A stretch of DNA of 64,000 nt from Selaginella moellendorffii (taxonomy: Eukaryota; Plantae; Lycopodiophyta), in contig NW_003314306.1 in NCBI RefSeq assembly GCF_000143415.4, positions 337,087 to 401,086 on the forward strand, in the 5' to 3' direction. Below are positions 35,805-47,211 of this stretch, one piece after another. Both the position numbers and the translations under genes were made by a program. How positions within the stretch are numbered: position 1 is the stretch's first letter; every line of letters begins with the position of its first letter. The notes under the pieces are model-generated. The model saw only the letters and a list, made by a program, of their open reading frames with translations, did not search any database and was not told the DNA's origin.

Positions 35805-36290
35805 ATGATAAACCTGAGACGAGAGTCGGCGTCGAAGTTTTGCAGGAGCTGGTCTTCCTGAGCTCTACGCGATGGGGATCCAGGTCCGCGCCGAGCTGCC
35901 ATGGAAGAAGTCGAATAGAGGAGTGTGGAGTGCGTGTCCGAGCTTGTGCTGCTTCCGCCAGCTTCTCATTTGAGAGAGCTTGATTTAGCATTCATTCAGT
36001 CTAGTTGTCTCTGGCTTTTGAGGAGTTGAATTTGAGGGCGCAATAGTAATAGGGGCTCGTTTGAAGATTGTTCCACCTGAAGAAGACAAGGCAGCGGCAA
36101 CTCCAGCACAATAATCTCTCGGATCCTCTCTCCCGAAGGGCTTCAAGTGAAGAAGTGTGTTTCGTTCCAGGAAAACCAGACTTTCTTTTCCAGCTTTGGT
36201 TGACACGACCGAGGTGGCGGACACGAGCAACGTTTTTTATATGAAAAAAATCATACCATTGAAGAAGGGAGAGAGATTCGTCAGGACATT
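35805..36290 (+). pseudogene. Deletion-condensed relic A of seipin exon 2 and its 3' flank
   Basis: atgataaacctgagacga..., ctgccatggaagaagtcg, ggcagcggcaactccagcacaa, caagtgaagaag..gtttcgttccaggaaaac and cataccattgaagaag match 27024-27615 in order. Confidence 0.85.
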
Positions 36291-36353
36291 CCCTTAAAGA
36301 GGAAGAAAATTTCTCCTTAATAAGGGTAGGAATGGAACGCAGTAGGGTTTGCA

Positions 36354-37116
36354 ATGCGGGAGCCTTTCGGGTATGTCTGTGATCTGCCTTATTATGTAAC
36401 TCCTAGTATCCAGCAGATGTGTCGAGAAGAACAAAAGCTCCTGAAAGAGGTTTCAGGAGAGGTAGCAGTGAATCTAGGAAGGGAAAGTTTAGTAGAGTTT
36501 TGGCGGTTGACTATGAATCAGGCACTGTTATTTTCCCGAAGGATGATCTTCTAGTTCTACAAGCCCAAGCTGGTCAGTATATGGAAGGAATCCAACTATA
36601 CTCAAGGAAGCCATTCGCGCAACACACAGGCTCCAAAGTGTGGATGAGGGTAGGATGGTTCACTTCGGCAGTGGCGTGGCGCTCAGCCCGCAGTTCCTCC
36701 TTACATCTGCTCGTATGGCCAAGTCGTCTACCCAGTGCCTGAATGGCGATTTTGTGCGATCAGAGCACTTCGATATGGCAGAGAAGCCACGGTACAATCT
36801 GGAAACTGTATCCAGGGACGAAGGCTGTGATATGGTGCTGATGCGTGTCAAGACTTCAAGCGCTGGCGCGACTCTAGAGAAGGCAAAGCTGCTCAAGTCT
36901 TTCCAGTACTTCCTGCTGCCATGCTCCCCAGTGGACAAGGCGCCATGCTGCATAACTTCCTTCCCGGGTGTGAGCTCCCTGTTGATGCGAGCGGACGCAG
37001 ACCTCTTGCACGGCATCATTCATGGAGGTACTGAGGCTAGTCTCGGGGGCATTTACAGGGATGCGATGGAGGCAGAGGCGATGCAAGTTCGAGCCATGCA
37101 TCAGTACAAGCCATAA
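36354..37116 (+). pseudogene. Trypsin-like peptidase relic, copy 2 (inverted relative to copy 1)
   Basis: tagggtttgcaATG MREP...; two frameshifts, then GSGVALSPQFLLTSARM...DEGCDMVLMR...FQYFLLPCSPVDKAPCCITSFPG. Clearly homologous to 35000-35727. Confidence 0.65.
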
Positions 37117-37499
37117 CGTTCGTAGATCATTACCAAATCTCGTCAAGTTCCACTGATTCGAGGCCGGGATGCGACGCACTTGATTTTCTTGGGACGGTAA
37201 CTCATTCTTTTGTCTTTGCTGTTCTTTGTCCGTATCAGTCAGTGAGTGACGCAAGACCAGAAATCTGGCGAAAGCCACGGTATGCCCCATCGGGCGCCAC
37301 GGAGACCATAAAATCTTTTCTTCTTCTTCTTTGTCTCGTTTTTCTTTTTTTTACACTTAAACTTATTCTTTGCAGGCTCCTTCCCGCGCTCTTTTACAAC
37401 AACGTTTTGGCTAGCATGCCCCACTGTATAAAAATCTGTATGTTCGTGATTGGACATCTCCAGATCGTGTAGATGTATGGCTCCTTGCCTAAGCTCAAT

Positions 37500-40064
37500 A
37501 TTGAGCTCAATCGAAGCTATTGTGGAGACAATATCCTGTCAAGAGAACAGTCTCTATAACTTTTACCAGGCTTGGAACTTAAAGGAAGAGAGAAAAAGGT
37601 TTCCTGGGATTTTAGAATCTTTCACGTATCAATTATCGCAGGAAAATTTCTTTCGTTTAGTCATGTAACATGACTAAACCTCTGGGCTTTCCTCTCTAGT
37701 GAGATTCAGGAAGAACGATAACAGTGGCTTATGTTCTTTCCTAGCAGGTTGTAGATCAAACAGATTCAAGTAGAGCAGTAGCCTCAAGGAGTCTTCATTC
37801 GCAGCAAGCGTATGTTTGATTTTTCTTAGAATATTTCTCATTGTGGCATTTTTGGTCTAGATAGTGGATCTACGTAGAAAGCTTCATCTCACATTGCAAA
37901 TTGCAACATCAAGTAACACCATTTCGATTTCCTTTTACCATGCCAGTTGGTTTTCTGGTGTTCTTTTTCCAATCACAGCAAACAAAATGAAACAGAACGA
38001 AAGCTAGAGCTCCATAAAAAATCAAGCGTACTCGATGCTAGCCCCCTTGAACGTGAAGACTTTCTCCTTGTCCTTCCCGCGCGGCACCAGAGTGACAACG
38101 AGCTTGTCCGCGTCCTTCAAGCCCAAGATCTCGACGTTGGGCTTGATGGAGAAGCGGGCGTTGGTGGTCCGAGTGCTCGACTCGGTCATCCCGGGCATGA
38201 AGTGGGGGATGTTGTAGAAAGAGCCAACGTACTCGGCGCAGGAGAGCGTTGTGGTCTCGTTGGCCTCAGGGAGATTGATGAACACGTTGAAGTTAGTGTT
38301 ATTCTGCATCCCAACCACCATCTCTTCCAGGACCAGGAGCTCGTCCGAAGCGCTGCCTTTGGGCTGCGCCACCGTGATCGTCAGCGGGCCCGCTCCAACC
38401 TTGACAGGCTCGGCGTTCTGGGACGAGGATTTCACGAGTGGATACTCAGCCGCCATAGCAGTAGCTCCAGGAACCAACGAAGCAACGATCGAACTCTTGG
38501 GCTGCGCGAAGGCCGTCTTTGCGAGCGGCAGTGGCTTGTAGTTGATCCAGACCTTGTCCTGGGGCATGGACGCGTACTTGTACTTGAGCTTCGTCTGGTT
38601 GTCGATGGAATCTTTCACCTTGACGCGAACGAGGTCCTGGTTCTCATCGAAGAAGAGGAACTCGGTGTTGAGGTAGTCGGCGTCCGTGAAGTCCTGGTTT
38701 CCCAGGGACCTCCACACGTCCCACATCCTGTCCACGTTACCGTGGTGGCAGTAGAAGAGTGGATCCTTCCCGGCAGAGTAGAAGTTGCCCAGGTCCTCGC
38801 CATTGGGGTTATTGGGGCTGCCGCCAAAGATGTGCACGGCCGTGTGTGGGGCTTTCTCCAGAGATCCATCGGCACCGTTATTGTTCCCTTTCCTGCATAA
38901 GACATGGCTCCGTCACCTTTTTCTGGCCATGCACACGTACCTTATGGGAGCGCCGAAGAAGGCGTCCCGGAGCTTGACCTTAGCGACGTTGTTGTACATG
39001 ACGGAGATGTTGTCCTGGCGGATCTGATCGTCGGTCTTGTAGGTGGGCTCGCCGAAGCTGGGGTCGACGCCGGGCGCGTAGCCGAGATCCACTCGCGCGG
39101 GCGCGTAGTTTGCCTCGTTGCGATTGGCGTCGAAGATGGGGGTGCCCTCGCGCCGAAACATCTCCGGGATGTAGCTCCCCCCCTCCTGGTTGTCCCAGTT
39201 CCAAAACGGCAGCGCGAAGGTTGGATCGTTGATCAAGCTGCCCAGGATCTTCTCGTGGTAGTAGAGGTACCAGCGGTGCCACGGCAGGAAGAGCCAGTTG
39301 AAGTGGATCTGGAGCGTTGACTTTGGATCGCCCTCCTGGCGGTAGCCGAAGTTGCAGTAGACGCAGTGGACGTTTGCCTGCTGCCGGAAGCTCCGGGGAT
39401 CATCCGAGGGAAGCGCGCGCATCTTGGCGTAGGCCTCGTTGTACTTCTGGATGTAGTCCTCGTCCACGAGATGGGCGGCGGGGCGGGTGCGCATGGGGCC
39501 GGTGTCGGGCTTGAAGTCGATGGTGTCGCGCTTGGGCTTGGGCGGGCAGCACGCCACGAAGGTGTTGGTGTTGGCGATGTTGGCGGGCTGGCAGCGCTTG
39601 AAGGTGGGAGATCCCACGGGCTCGGCGAGCGCGGGACCAGTAGGGGACGCTGCGAGCGAAGCTCCGCCGGCGATTGTTCCCGCCAGGAGCTCGCGGCGAT
39701 CGATGATCGAGGCCGGAGTGGAGCTACCTTTCTTGGAGGGGAAAGAGGGATTACCAGACTCCCCTGTTGCTGCATTGGCTTCTTTCCTGGCATTGGCGGT
39801 GATCTTGAGCGTACCCCGGGAGCGATTGGGCAGAAGTGGGCATCGGCTCCGGTGCTGGAGCTTGACGCGATCGAGCGAGAGTGCCGCGGAAGACATGCCC
39901 AGCAGCGAATCCATGCTGGATGAGAGATTCCAAACCTCGACTGACGACGTCGTAGGAAGCGTACCTTTTTAAAGGACGAACAAGCTCACATGACTCTCGT
40001 GGGAGTAGTGGCGATAATATTTCAGACCAAAGTGATCGGACTTTGATCCACGAGAACCCCGTGT
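37500..40064 (-). repeat. Left arm of a ~2.5-kb inverted repeat containing PPO
   Basis: Reverse complement aligns with 44272-46806, including promoter, CDS, intron and ~500 bp of 3' flank. Confidence 0.93.
38022..39914 (-). CDS. PPO: Polyphenol oxidase copy 1; exons 39914-38941 and 38892-38022
   Basis: Transit peptide plus twin-Arg lumenal signal (DRRELL...PALA). CuA HCVYC...IHFNWLFLPWHRWYLYYHE; CuB PHTAVH...DPLFYCHHGNVDRMW. DWL-like (DYL) and KFDV-like (NFNV) C-terminal domains; 48-nt intron. Confidence 0.96.
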
Positions 40065-40989
40065 CTCTTAGAATTCTTATCAAAACTGCCACGTCATTGC
40101 AGCCTTTAGTAGGGTTACCGTCTTTTCAGGAGACGAGCAAAGATATGCTTGAAACAGCAGTGAATGAGGGGAATTCGTAATTGGCGTAAGTTTATTTGAT
40201 ATCCATCTGCACGGTAGCATTTCCACGGTACGGCCCAGCTTGTTCTCTGATTCCGTTCGCTTTGAACTGTAGTTGCCACTTTCTTGAACAAGCCATGTAA
40301 AGCTTTTAGCAGAACATCGCCACAAGGTAAACACTTAAATTACCTTCGCCTTTGATAGGCTAGGTTGTGTTCGAAGTGTTTTTTGAGCCGCTGCTCACCC
40401 ACCTTTTAAACGGGTCGATTGCCACATTCATGGAAATCCGGACATTAGTCGTCACCTTCGCCTACAACATTCGAGGTACGTGCTGAATGAATCTCACGCT
40501 TGACTGTTCGATTTGTGAGAGCTTAAGGAGCTCCGGGAAAGCACCAAAGGTACAAACAAGAGCCGAGGGGAGGGAGTTGGCCAGGCGTTTCCTAGGCTTG
40601 GGTTTCGTAGCAGTTTGATCGATCATGTGGTGTAGCTCGCACCAGTGTCGTCATGCATATACCACGCCCCGTTACTGTGGATCATAAAAGAAAGCTCGAA
40701 CTAAAGAGAAGGAAAAACAGAGAACACGAACTCGAGTTGGCCGGGCGACGACTTCGTTCCTGCCACCTTAACGGAAAAGGGACGTCGAGGGGGCTAGGGC
40801 TTGATCCAAGGTGACCACTCTGACCGTACGCCTGGATCATCGAGTTCCAGGACCTCTCGGCATTCGATCAAATACTCTCCTAGCGTCCTCCAGGTGACCG
40901 CTCTCAGCGTACACTGCGATCATTGCGTTCCACGGGTTTGTGTAGCAGCCTTGCTTCTCGCTCCTCCCTGCTCCGACCAAAGATCATGG

Positions 40990-41775
40990 AGTTCCAAGAC
41001 GTGACATCCGCCAAAACGCCAGCTTGGCATCGCTGATATGCCGGGCATGGGCATATCCCGTCCAAGAGATGATAATCTTCCAAGGCATTTGATCAGAAAT
41101 TCCCTTGGCTTCCTCCGCAGATTGACACTGCACGCAAGCCAGAATTGCTGCACCAAGTCCCGGCAAGGCACTTTTTCAAAGACCCTGATACAATCCTCTT
41201 GGTGCCCAGATTGGGCATAAGCTGCTGATCTTGTGTTCCACGATGTTATATCCCTTCTCGGAATTTCTGGGAAGAGGCTCAAAGCTACCCCACATGACCG
41301 TCTATCCATACGCTACTCGTATGGTCGTCCTCGCCACGGCATCCTTGTGAGAAATCCATCAAACAGCCTTCTCGCTAGAACCATATACCTGTTGTGGGAA
41401 TACGCTGCTACCATGGTCGTCAAAGAAACGCCGTCTTTCGGTGGCATCTGATCGCATCACAGCCTTGCAGTGTGATACTATCCAGCGGTGTAATACGCGG
41501 TGATAATAGATGCCCATGATGCCAATCCCAAAACGGCATTCTATCAAAGAGCCACTGTGATCGATCGATATGCCGAAGCTGGGCATTTTCTTAGACCAAA
41601 ACGTTCCAGGATACTTGATCCTTCTCTAGAACAGCGATGGCGTGCAATAGTTCTTCTTCGCTTTCAGGAACTATAGAGCGTCTTATCGTGATGTTTCTCC
41701 TCAAGATCATACATTGCAACCAATGATGATCCCACGCTCTGAGACGCGCTTGGCATGGCCACCGGTAGATCACCG
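40990..41775 (-). pseudogene. Decayed PLS/SS-type PPR gene
   Basis: Frame-broken PPR motifs: LEKDQVSWNVLV, LFPEIPRRDITSWNTRSAAYAQSGHQEDCIRVFEKVPCRDLV, DQMPWKIIISWTGYAHARHISDAKLAFWRM. Confidence 0.8.
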
Positions 41776-41777
41776 GT

Positions 41778-41940
41778 TCCGGGACAAGAGCGCTGGAGAG
41801 CTCGCATTGTATGGCGGGATTGCCGTTGTCGGGTTTGCGATTGGAGGTAGTGTGCCGAGCTCGCTGGAAATCTTGCTGCTGGTTCCCGAGGCGCTCCAGG
41901 CAATAGGCAGTGGGCGTGGGCTACTCGATCCTCATCGCTG
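41778..41940 (+). pseudogene. Possible CURT1/CAAD-domain gene fragment
   Basis: RDKSAGELALYGGIAVVGFAIGGSVPSSLEILLLVPEALQA, then frameshifted AVGVGYSILIA, resembles CURT1 YGGGAxxALW...IPLLPKxxELVGLGY. Followed by a GT..AG intron-like segment at 41941-42050. Confidence 0.4.
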
Positions 41941-42120
41941 GTAAGCGATCATATGATCCATCCCCCTATTTTCCTCGCATTTTTTCTTTTGAATGTAAAG
42001 TTTTCTTTTCCTGATAATCCCTTTCGTTTCCCAGTTGTTTTTTTTTTCCAGCGATGGTGGAGGGAGCACACTCGTGCGAAGCAAAAAATCGTGCATCGAA
42101 TGGTTGAGTGGAGCTATACC

Positions 42121-42880
42121 AAATGATAAACTTGAGACGAGAGTCCCGATCGCCAGCGTCAAAGTTTTGCTGGAAGAAGTTGAGGAGCGCGACGGTGATG
42201 TTCGTGGCCGAGCTTGGCATCGTCTTGTGCTGCTTCCGCTAGCTTCTCATTCCGAAAGGATCCGGAAAACTAGACTTTCCAGGCATCTTTTCCAGCTTTG
42301 CTTGACACGATCGGGGTGACATACAATCTCTGCCTTGGGAGCGGACACGAGCAAGGATCGGTACGGTTTTTATATGCTAGGAAGGCGAAACGCCATAGAC
42401 TTTGTGAGTGATTGTTGTCTCTTAACTCTCTTCTCACTCCAAGAACGCGAAAGTAGGGGAGCACCGAAAGAAAGAGGGGAAGAACCTCGCGAATCGCTGA
42501 TCCTCCTTTGCAGCATTCGTCCATCCATCCGACGGAGCGTTTCTTTTTGCGATTTCTTTTATTCTTTATTTATTTATTTTTTGTTGCAGAGGCATGGTTG
42601 CTGCCTAGCAAGTTGCTCGCCGGTCACCTCAAGAACAGGCTTTTGCTCGCTCCTTTTCTCGGCTCTTCCAACTTTATTCTAAGTGGAAGAACTTCGTCTA
42701 TCCACTGAATTTTACATACAGAAGGGGTGATTTGGCGCATCTCTGATCTTTGGATCTTCATACGAATTCACAAGAATGTTATGGAATAAAGAGTTCTTTT
42801 GAGTGAGGAGGAGAACACAGAATCGGCACTATAAACCTGGGGAAAATGCTCAAATAATCTTAAGGCGGAATCGAGATATC
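42121..42880 (+). pseudogene. Deletion-condensed relic B of seipin exon 2 plus ~1.2 kb of downstream sequence
   Basis: Ordered matches to 27022-28615, including ~90 bp near-identical (42601-42690 vs 28076-28166) and aaacctggggaaaatgct. Confidence 0.9.
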
Positions 42881-43027
42881 CAGGCGCTGATCTATGCCTC
42901 GAACACCGCCACGGTGATCCTTGCCGTGTGCTTCTTCGGGAACTTTGTAGAGCGGTGACGTAATGGCAAGCAGATCCTTGTGTAAGCGAGTTGACGACGA
43001 TACTTGATCTTCCTCTCTTTGTGGCCG

Positions 43028-43590
43028 TCATAAGGTTCCCGTGGCCGAGGCTAGTGGATCTTCCAAGCCTTGTGCTTTGAGGGACTTGAGGTTCTTCTTT
43101 GCAGGAGCTCCTTCTTCGACCATCATCTTCTTGGCAGCCTCAATCCATCGCAAGGCACCACATGAGAGCTGGAGGTGGCGCCAGTGGCACTCGTGCTTTA
43201 AAATCCACTGCAAGAAAGGATTCAGATCCCGATCCTTCCAAACACCATCATCGGGTGCATGCAACTCCTGGAGCACATTCCGAAAATACACCTCCACAAA
43301 CCCAGGCTCATCGTAGCTATGTGCTATGTTTGCCAGACGGTCAGCAGCAGCTCCGGTATGGTAAGCCCAATAACAGCCATATTTCTTGACAGGACAAAAC
43401 CGGTGCTCCGGAGCTTCCACACAGGGTACTGCATGTAGTCCTCCAACTGAATTCCGAAGTGCACACCATTTCTCCAAACGATGCAGTCTGGACTCCTGTG
43501 CAATGATTCCTGGACTCCTGTGCAATGATTACCAAAGGCATCGTGCAGCTTACTGAACAACACTCTATCGCAAAAAAGTTTGATATCCGC
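43028..43590 (-). pseudogene. Trypsin-like peptidase relic, copy 3 (C-terminal half with catalytic-Ser motif)
   Basis: Removing a 22-bp tandem duplication (43488-43531) and correcting small frameshifts gives ...TTCSTLCGSSGAPVLS...MAVIGLHTGAAADRLANIAHSYDEPGFVEVYFRNVLQEL...WILKHE..W...ALRWIEAAKK. Confidence 0.65.
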
Positions 43591-43591
43591 T

Positions 43592-43972
43592 TAGCTCATA
43601 TGAAAGGTCTGTCCTCCTAGCCACGGGAAATGAAATAGTGGAGGCTTGCTCTCTAAAATCTCTGGAAATGTAACCAAATGAGACCGGACGAAATGTTGCA
43701 AGCCTCCATGTTTGAGACATAGTGCTAACCCAAAATAATTTACTTTGCTTAAGCAAACCAAAAGACACGCAATAATAGCACATGCTCATTTAGCTGATTT
43801 TTTGCCAAAAAGCTTGACGCACGTGTCTAAAAGACTTACAAAACTTTGTAGAGTACCTGTGACTTTTTCTTCTGGAGTACTCCCACGAGAACCGTTCGTT
43901 CGTAATTAAGGGCTCCGCTTTGTAAGAAAGCAAAGCACCATTCTTACAAATGTGCCACGCTTAGCCATGTCT
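43592..43972 (+). repeat. Orphan copy of the PPO3 promoter/leader ending just after ATG-TCT (direct repeat of 46815-47217)
   Basis: aaggtctgtcctcctagccacgggaaatgaa...gcaccattcttacaaatgtgccac.cttagccatgtct present in both; TATA ctttataag is ctttgtaag in this copy. Confidence 0.9.
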
Positions 43973-44154
43973 GTAGGATTTGCGGAAAATGGCTCGGTAG
44001 CTACTTCATTGCGTTTTGGTGGTTATATACAAGAGGATTAGCAACTCTTGCCGGTTATGTGATGTGGCTAGTGCTCCTTCTCAAGGTTTCCGTTACCTAG
44101 CTTGAGTGTCTTTAGGAAGACTTGATCCTGTACACGAGGTAGAGCCTGCAGCAA

Positions 44155-44272
44155 CAAAATTCCAGAAGAATTTTGCCTTTGTCGATGAGTTCCCAGATGA
44201 AATGGAACCTCAGTTCGGTGTGCTTCATTCTTGAATGGAATCGAGAGTTCCTTGTGAGAGCAATGGCAGATG
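44155..44272 (-). mobile_element. Ty1/copia RNase H fragment
   Basis: SAIALTRNSRFHSRMKHTELRFHFIWELIDKGKILLEFC matches the copia RNase H consensus SAIxLAxNPxFHxRTKHIDxRYHFIRE. Confidence 0.85.
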
Positions 44273-46806
44273 ACACGGGGTTCTCGTGGATCAAAATGTC
44301 CGATCACAATGGACAGCTTTGGTCCCTTCCGATGTGAAATATTATCTCAGCCCAGTACTCCCACGAGAACCATGTGAACTCGTTCGCCGTTTAAAAAGGT
44401 ATCGCTTCCCAATGCGTTGATAGTTGAATCTCTCATCCAGCATGGATTCGCTGCTGGGCATGTCTTCCGCGGCACTCTCGCTCGATCGCGTCAAGCTCAA
44501 GCACCGGAGCCGATGCCCACTTCTGCCCAATCGCTCCCGGGGTACGCTCAAGATCACCGCCAATGCCAGGAAAGAAGCCAATGCAGCAACAGGGGAGTCT
44601 GGTAATCCCTCTTTCCCCTCCAAGAAAGGTAGCTCCACTCCGGCCTCGATCATCGATCGCCGCGAGCTCCTGGCAGGAACAATCGCCGGCGGAGCTTCGC
44701 TCGCGGCGTCCCCTACTGGTCCCGCGCTCGCCGAGCCCGTGGGATCGCCCACCTTCAAGCGCTGCCAGCCCGCCAACATCGCCAACACCAACACCTTCGT
44801 GGCGTGCTGCCCGCCGAAGCCCAAGCGCGACACCATCGACTTCAAGCCCGACACCGGCCCCATGCGCATCCGCCCCGCCGCCCATCTCGTGGACGAGGAC
44901 TACATCCAGAAGTACAACGAGGCCTACGCCAAGATGCGCGCGCTCCCCTCGGATGATCCCCGGAGCTTCCGGCAGCAGGCAAACGTCCACTGCGTCTACT
45001 GCAACTTCGGCTACCGCCAGGAGGGCGATCCAAAGTCAACCCTCCAGATCCACTTCAACTGGCTCTTCCTGCCGTGGCACCGCTGGTACCTCTACTACCA
45101 CGAGAAGATCTTGGGCAGTTTGATCAACGATCCAACCTTCGCGCTGCCGTTTTGGAACTGGGACAACCAGGACGGGGGGAGCTACATCCCGGAGATGTTT
45201 CGGCGCGAGGGCACCCCCATCTTCGACGCCAATCGCAACGAGGCGAACTACGCGCCCGCGCGAGTGGATCTCGGCTACGCGCCCGGCGTCGACCCCAGCT
45301 TCGGCGAGCCCACCTACAAGACCGACGATCAGATCCGCCAGGACAACATCTCCGTCATGTACAACAACGTCGCTAAGGTCAAGCTCCAGGACGCCTTCTT
45401 CGGCGCTCCCATAAGGTACGTGTGCATGGCCAGAAAAAGGTGACGAGCCATGTCTTATGCAGGAAAGGAAACAATAATGGTGGCGATGGATCCCTGGAGA
45501 AAGCCCCACACACGGCCGTGCACATCTTTGGTGGCAGCCCCAATAACCCCAATGGTGAGGACCTGGGCAACTTCTACTCGGCCGGGAAGGATCCACTCTT
45601 CTACTGCCACCACGGTAACGTGGACAGGATGTGGGACGTGTGGAGGTCCCTGGGAAACCAGGACTTCACGGACGCCGACTACCTCAACACCGAGTTCCTC
45701 TTCTTCGATGAGAACCAGGACCTCGTTCGCGTCAAGGTGAAAGATTCCATCGACAACCAGACGAAGCTCAAGTACAAGTACGCGTCCATGCCCCAGGACA
45801 AGGTCTGGATCAACTACAAGCCACTGCCGCTCGCAAAGACGGCCTTCGCGCAGCCCAAGAGTTCGATCGTTGCTTCGTTGGTTCCTGGAGCTACTGCTAT
45901 GGCGGCTGAGTATCCACTCGTGAAATTCTCGTCCCAGAACGCCGAGCCTGTCAAGGTTGGAGCGGGCCCGCTGACGATCACGGTGGCGCAGCCCAAAGGC
46001 AGCGCTTCGGACGAGCTCCTGGTCCTGGAAGAGATGGTGGTTGGGATGCAGAATAACACTAACTTCAACGTGTTCATCAATCTCCCTGAGGCCAACGAGA
46101 CCACCACGCTCTCCTGCGCCGAGTACGTCGGCTCTTTCTACAACATCCCCCACTTCATGCCCGGGATGACCGAGTCGAGCACTCGGACCACCAACGCCCG
46201 CTTCTCCATCAAGCCCAACGTCGAGATCTTGGGGTTGAAGGACGCGGACAAGCTCGTTGTCACTCTGGTGCCGCGCGGGAAGGACAAGGAGAAAGTCTTC
46301 ACGTTCAAGGGGGCCAGCATCGAGTACGCTTGATTTTTTATGGAGCTCTAACTTTCGTTCTGTTTCATTTGGGTTCCTGTTATTGGAAAAAGAACACCAG
46401 AAAGCCAGCTGGCATGGTAAAAGGAAATCGAAATGGTGTTACTTGATGTTGCAATTTCCAATGTGAAGATAAAGCTTTCTACGTAGATGCACTATCTAGA
46501 CCAAAAATGCCACAATGAGAAGTATTCTAAGAAAGATCAAACAACGCTTCCAACGAATGAAGACTCCTTGAGGCTACAGCTCTACTTGAATCTGTTTGAT
46601 CTACAACCTGCAAGGAATCTCACTTGAGAAAAAATCTTCATAGGCCGGGAAAGCCGACTAAACGCTGAGAAAATTGATACATGAAAGATTCTAAAATCCC
46701 AGGAAACCTTTTTCTCTCTTCCTGTACGTTCCAAGCCTGGTAAAAGTTATAGAAACCGTTCTCTTGACAGGATATTGTCTCCGGAATAGCTTCGATTGAG
46801 CTCAAA
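44272..46806 (+). repeat. Right arm of the PPO inverted repeat
   Basis: Reverse-complement match to 37500-40064. Confidence 0.93.
44442..46333 (+). CDS. PPO: Polyphenol oxidase copy 2; exons 44442-45415 and 45463-46333
   Basis: Same domains as copy 1 with only a handful of amino-acid differences; 47-nt GT-AG intron. Confidence 0.96.
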
Positions 46807-47211
46807 CAAACGTTATAGCTCAAATGAAACAAGCTGTTCTAAGGTCTGTCCTCCTAGCCACGGGAAATGAAGCAGTGGAGGCTTGCTCTCTAAAATCTCT
46901 GGAAATGTAACCAAATGAAACCGGACGAAATGTTGCAAGCTATGTTTGGGTATAGAATCACATGGTGCTAACCCAAAATAATTTACTTTGCTTAAGCAAA
47001 CCAAAAGACATGCAATAATAGCACATGCTCATTTATCTGTTTTTTTGCCAAAAAGCTTGACGCACGTGTCTAAAAGACCTATCAAACTTTGTGTGACTTT
47101 TTCGCCTGGAGTACTCCCACGAGAACCGTGTGACTCGAGTTCGTTCGTAATTAAGGGCGCCCCTTTATAAGAAAGCAAAGCACCATTCTTACAAATGTGC
47201 CACACTTAGCC

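Noticed and set aside
40270-40292. Partial resemblance to miR396 (ccactttcttgaac)
   Set aside because: Incomplete match and no complementary star arm nearby
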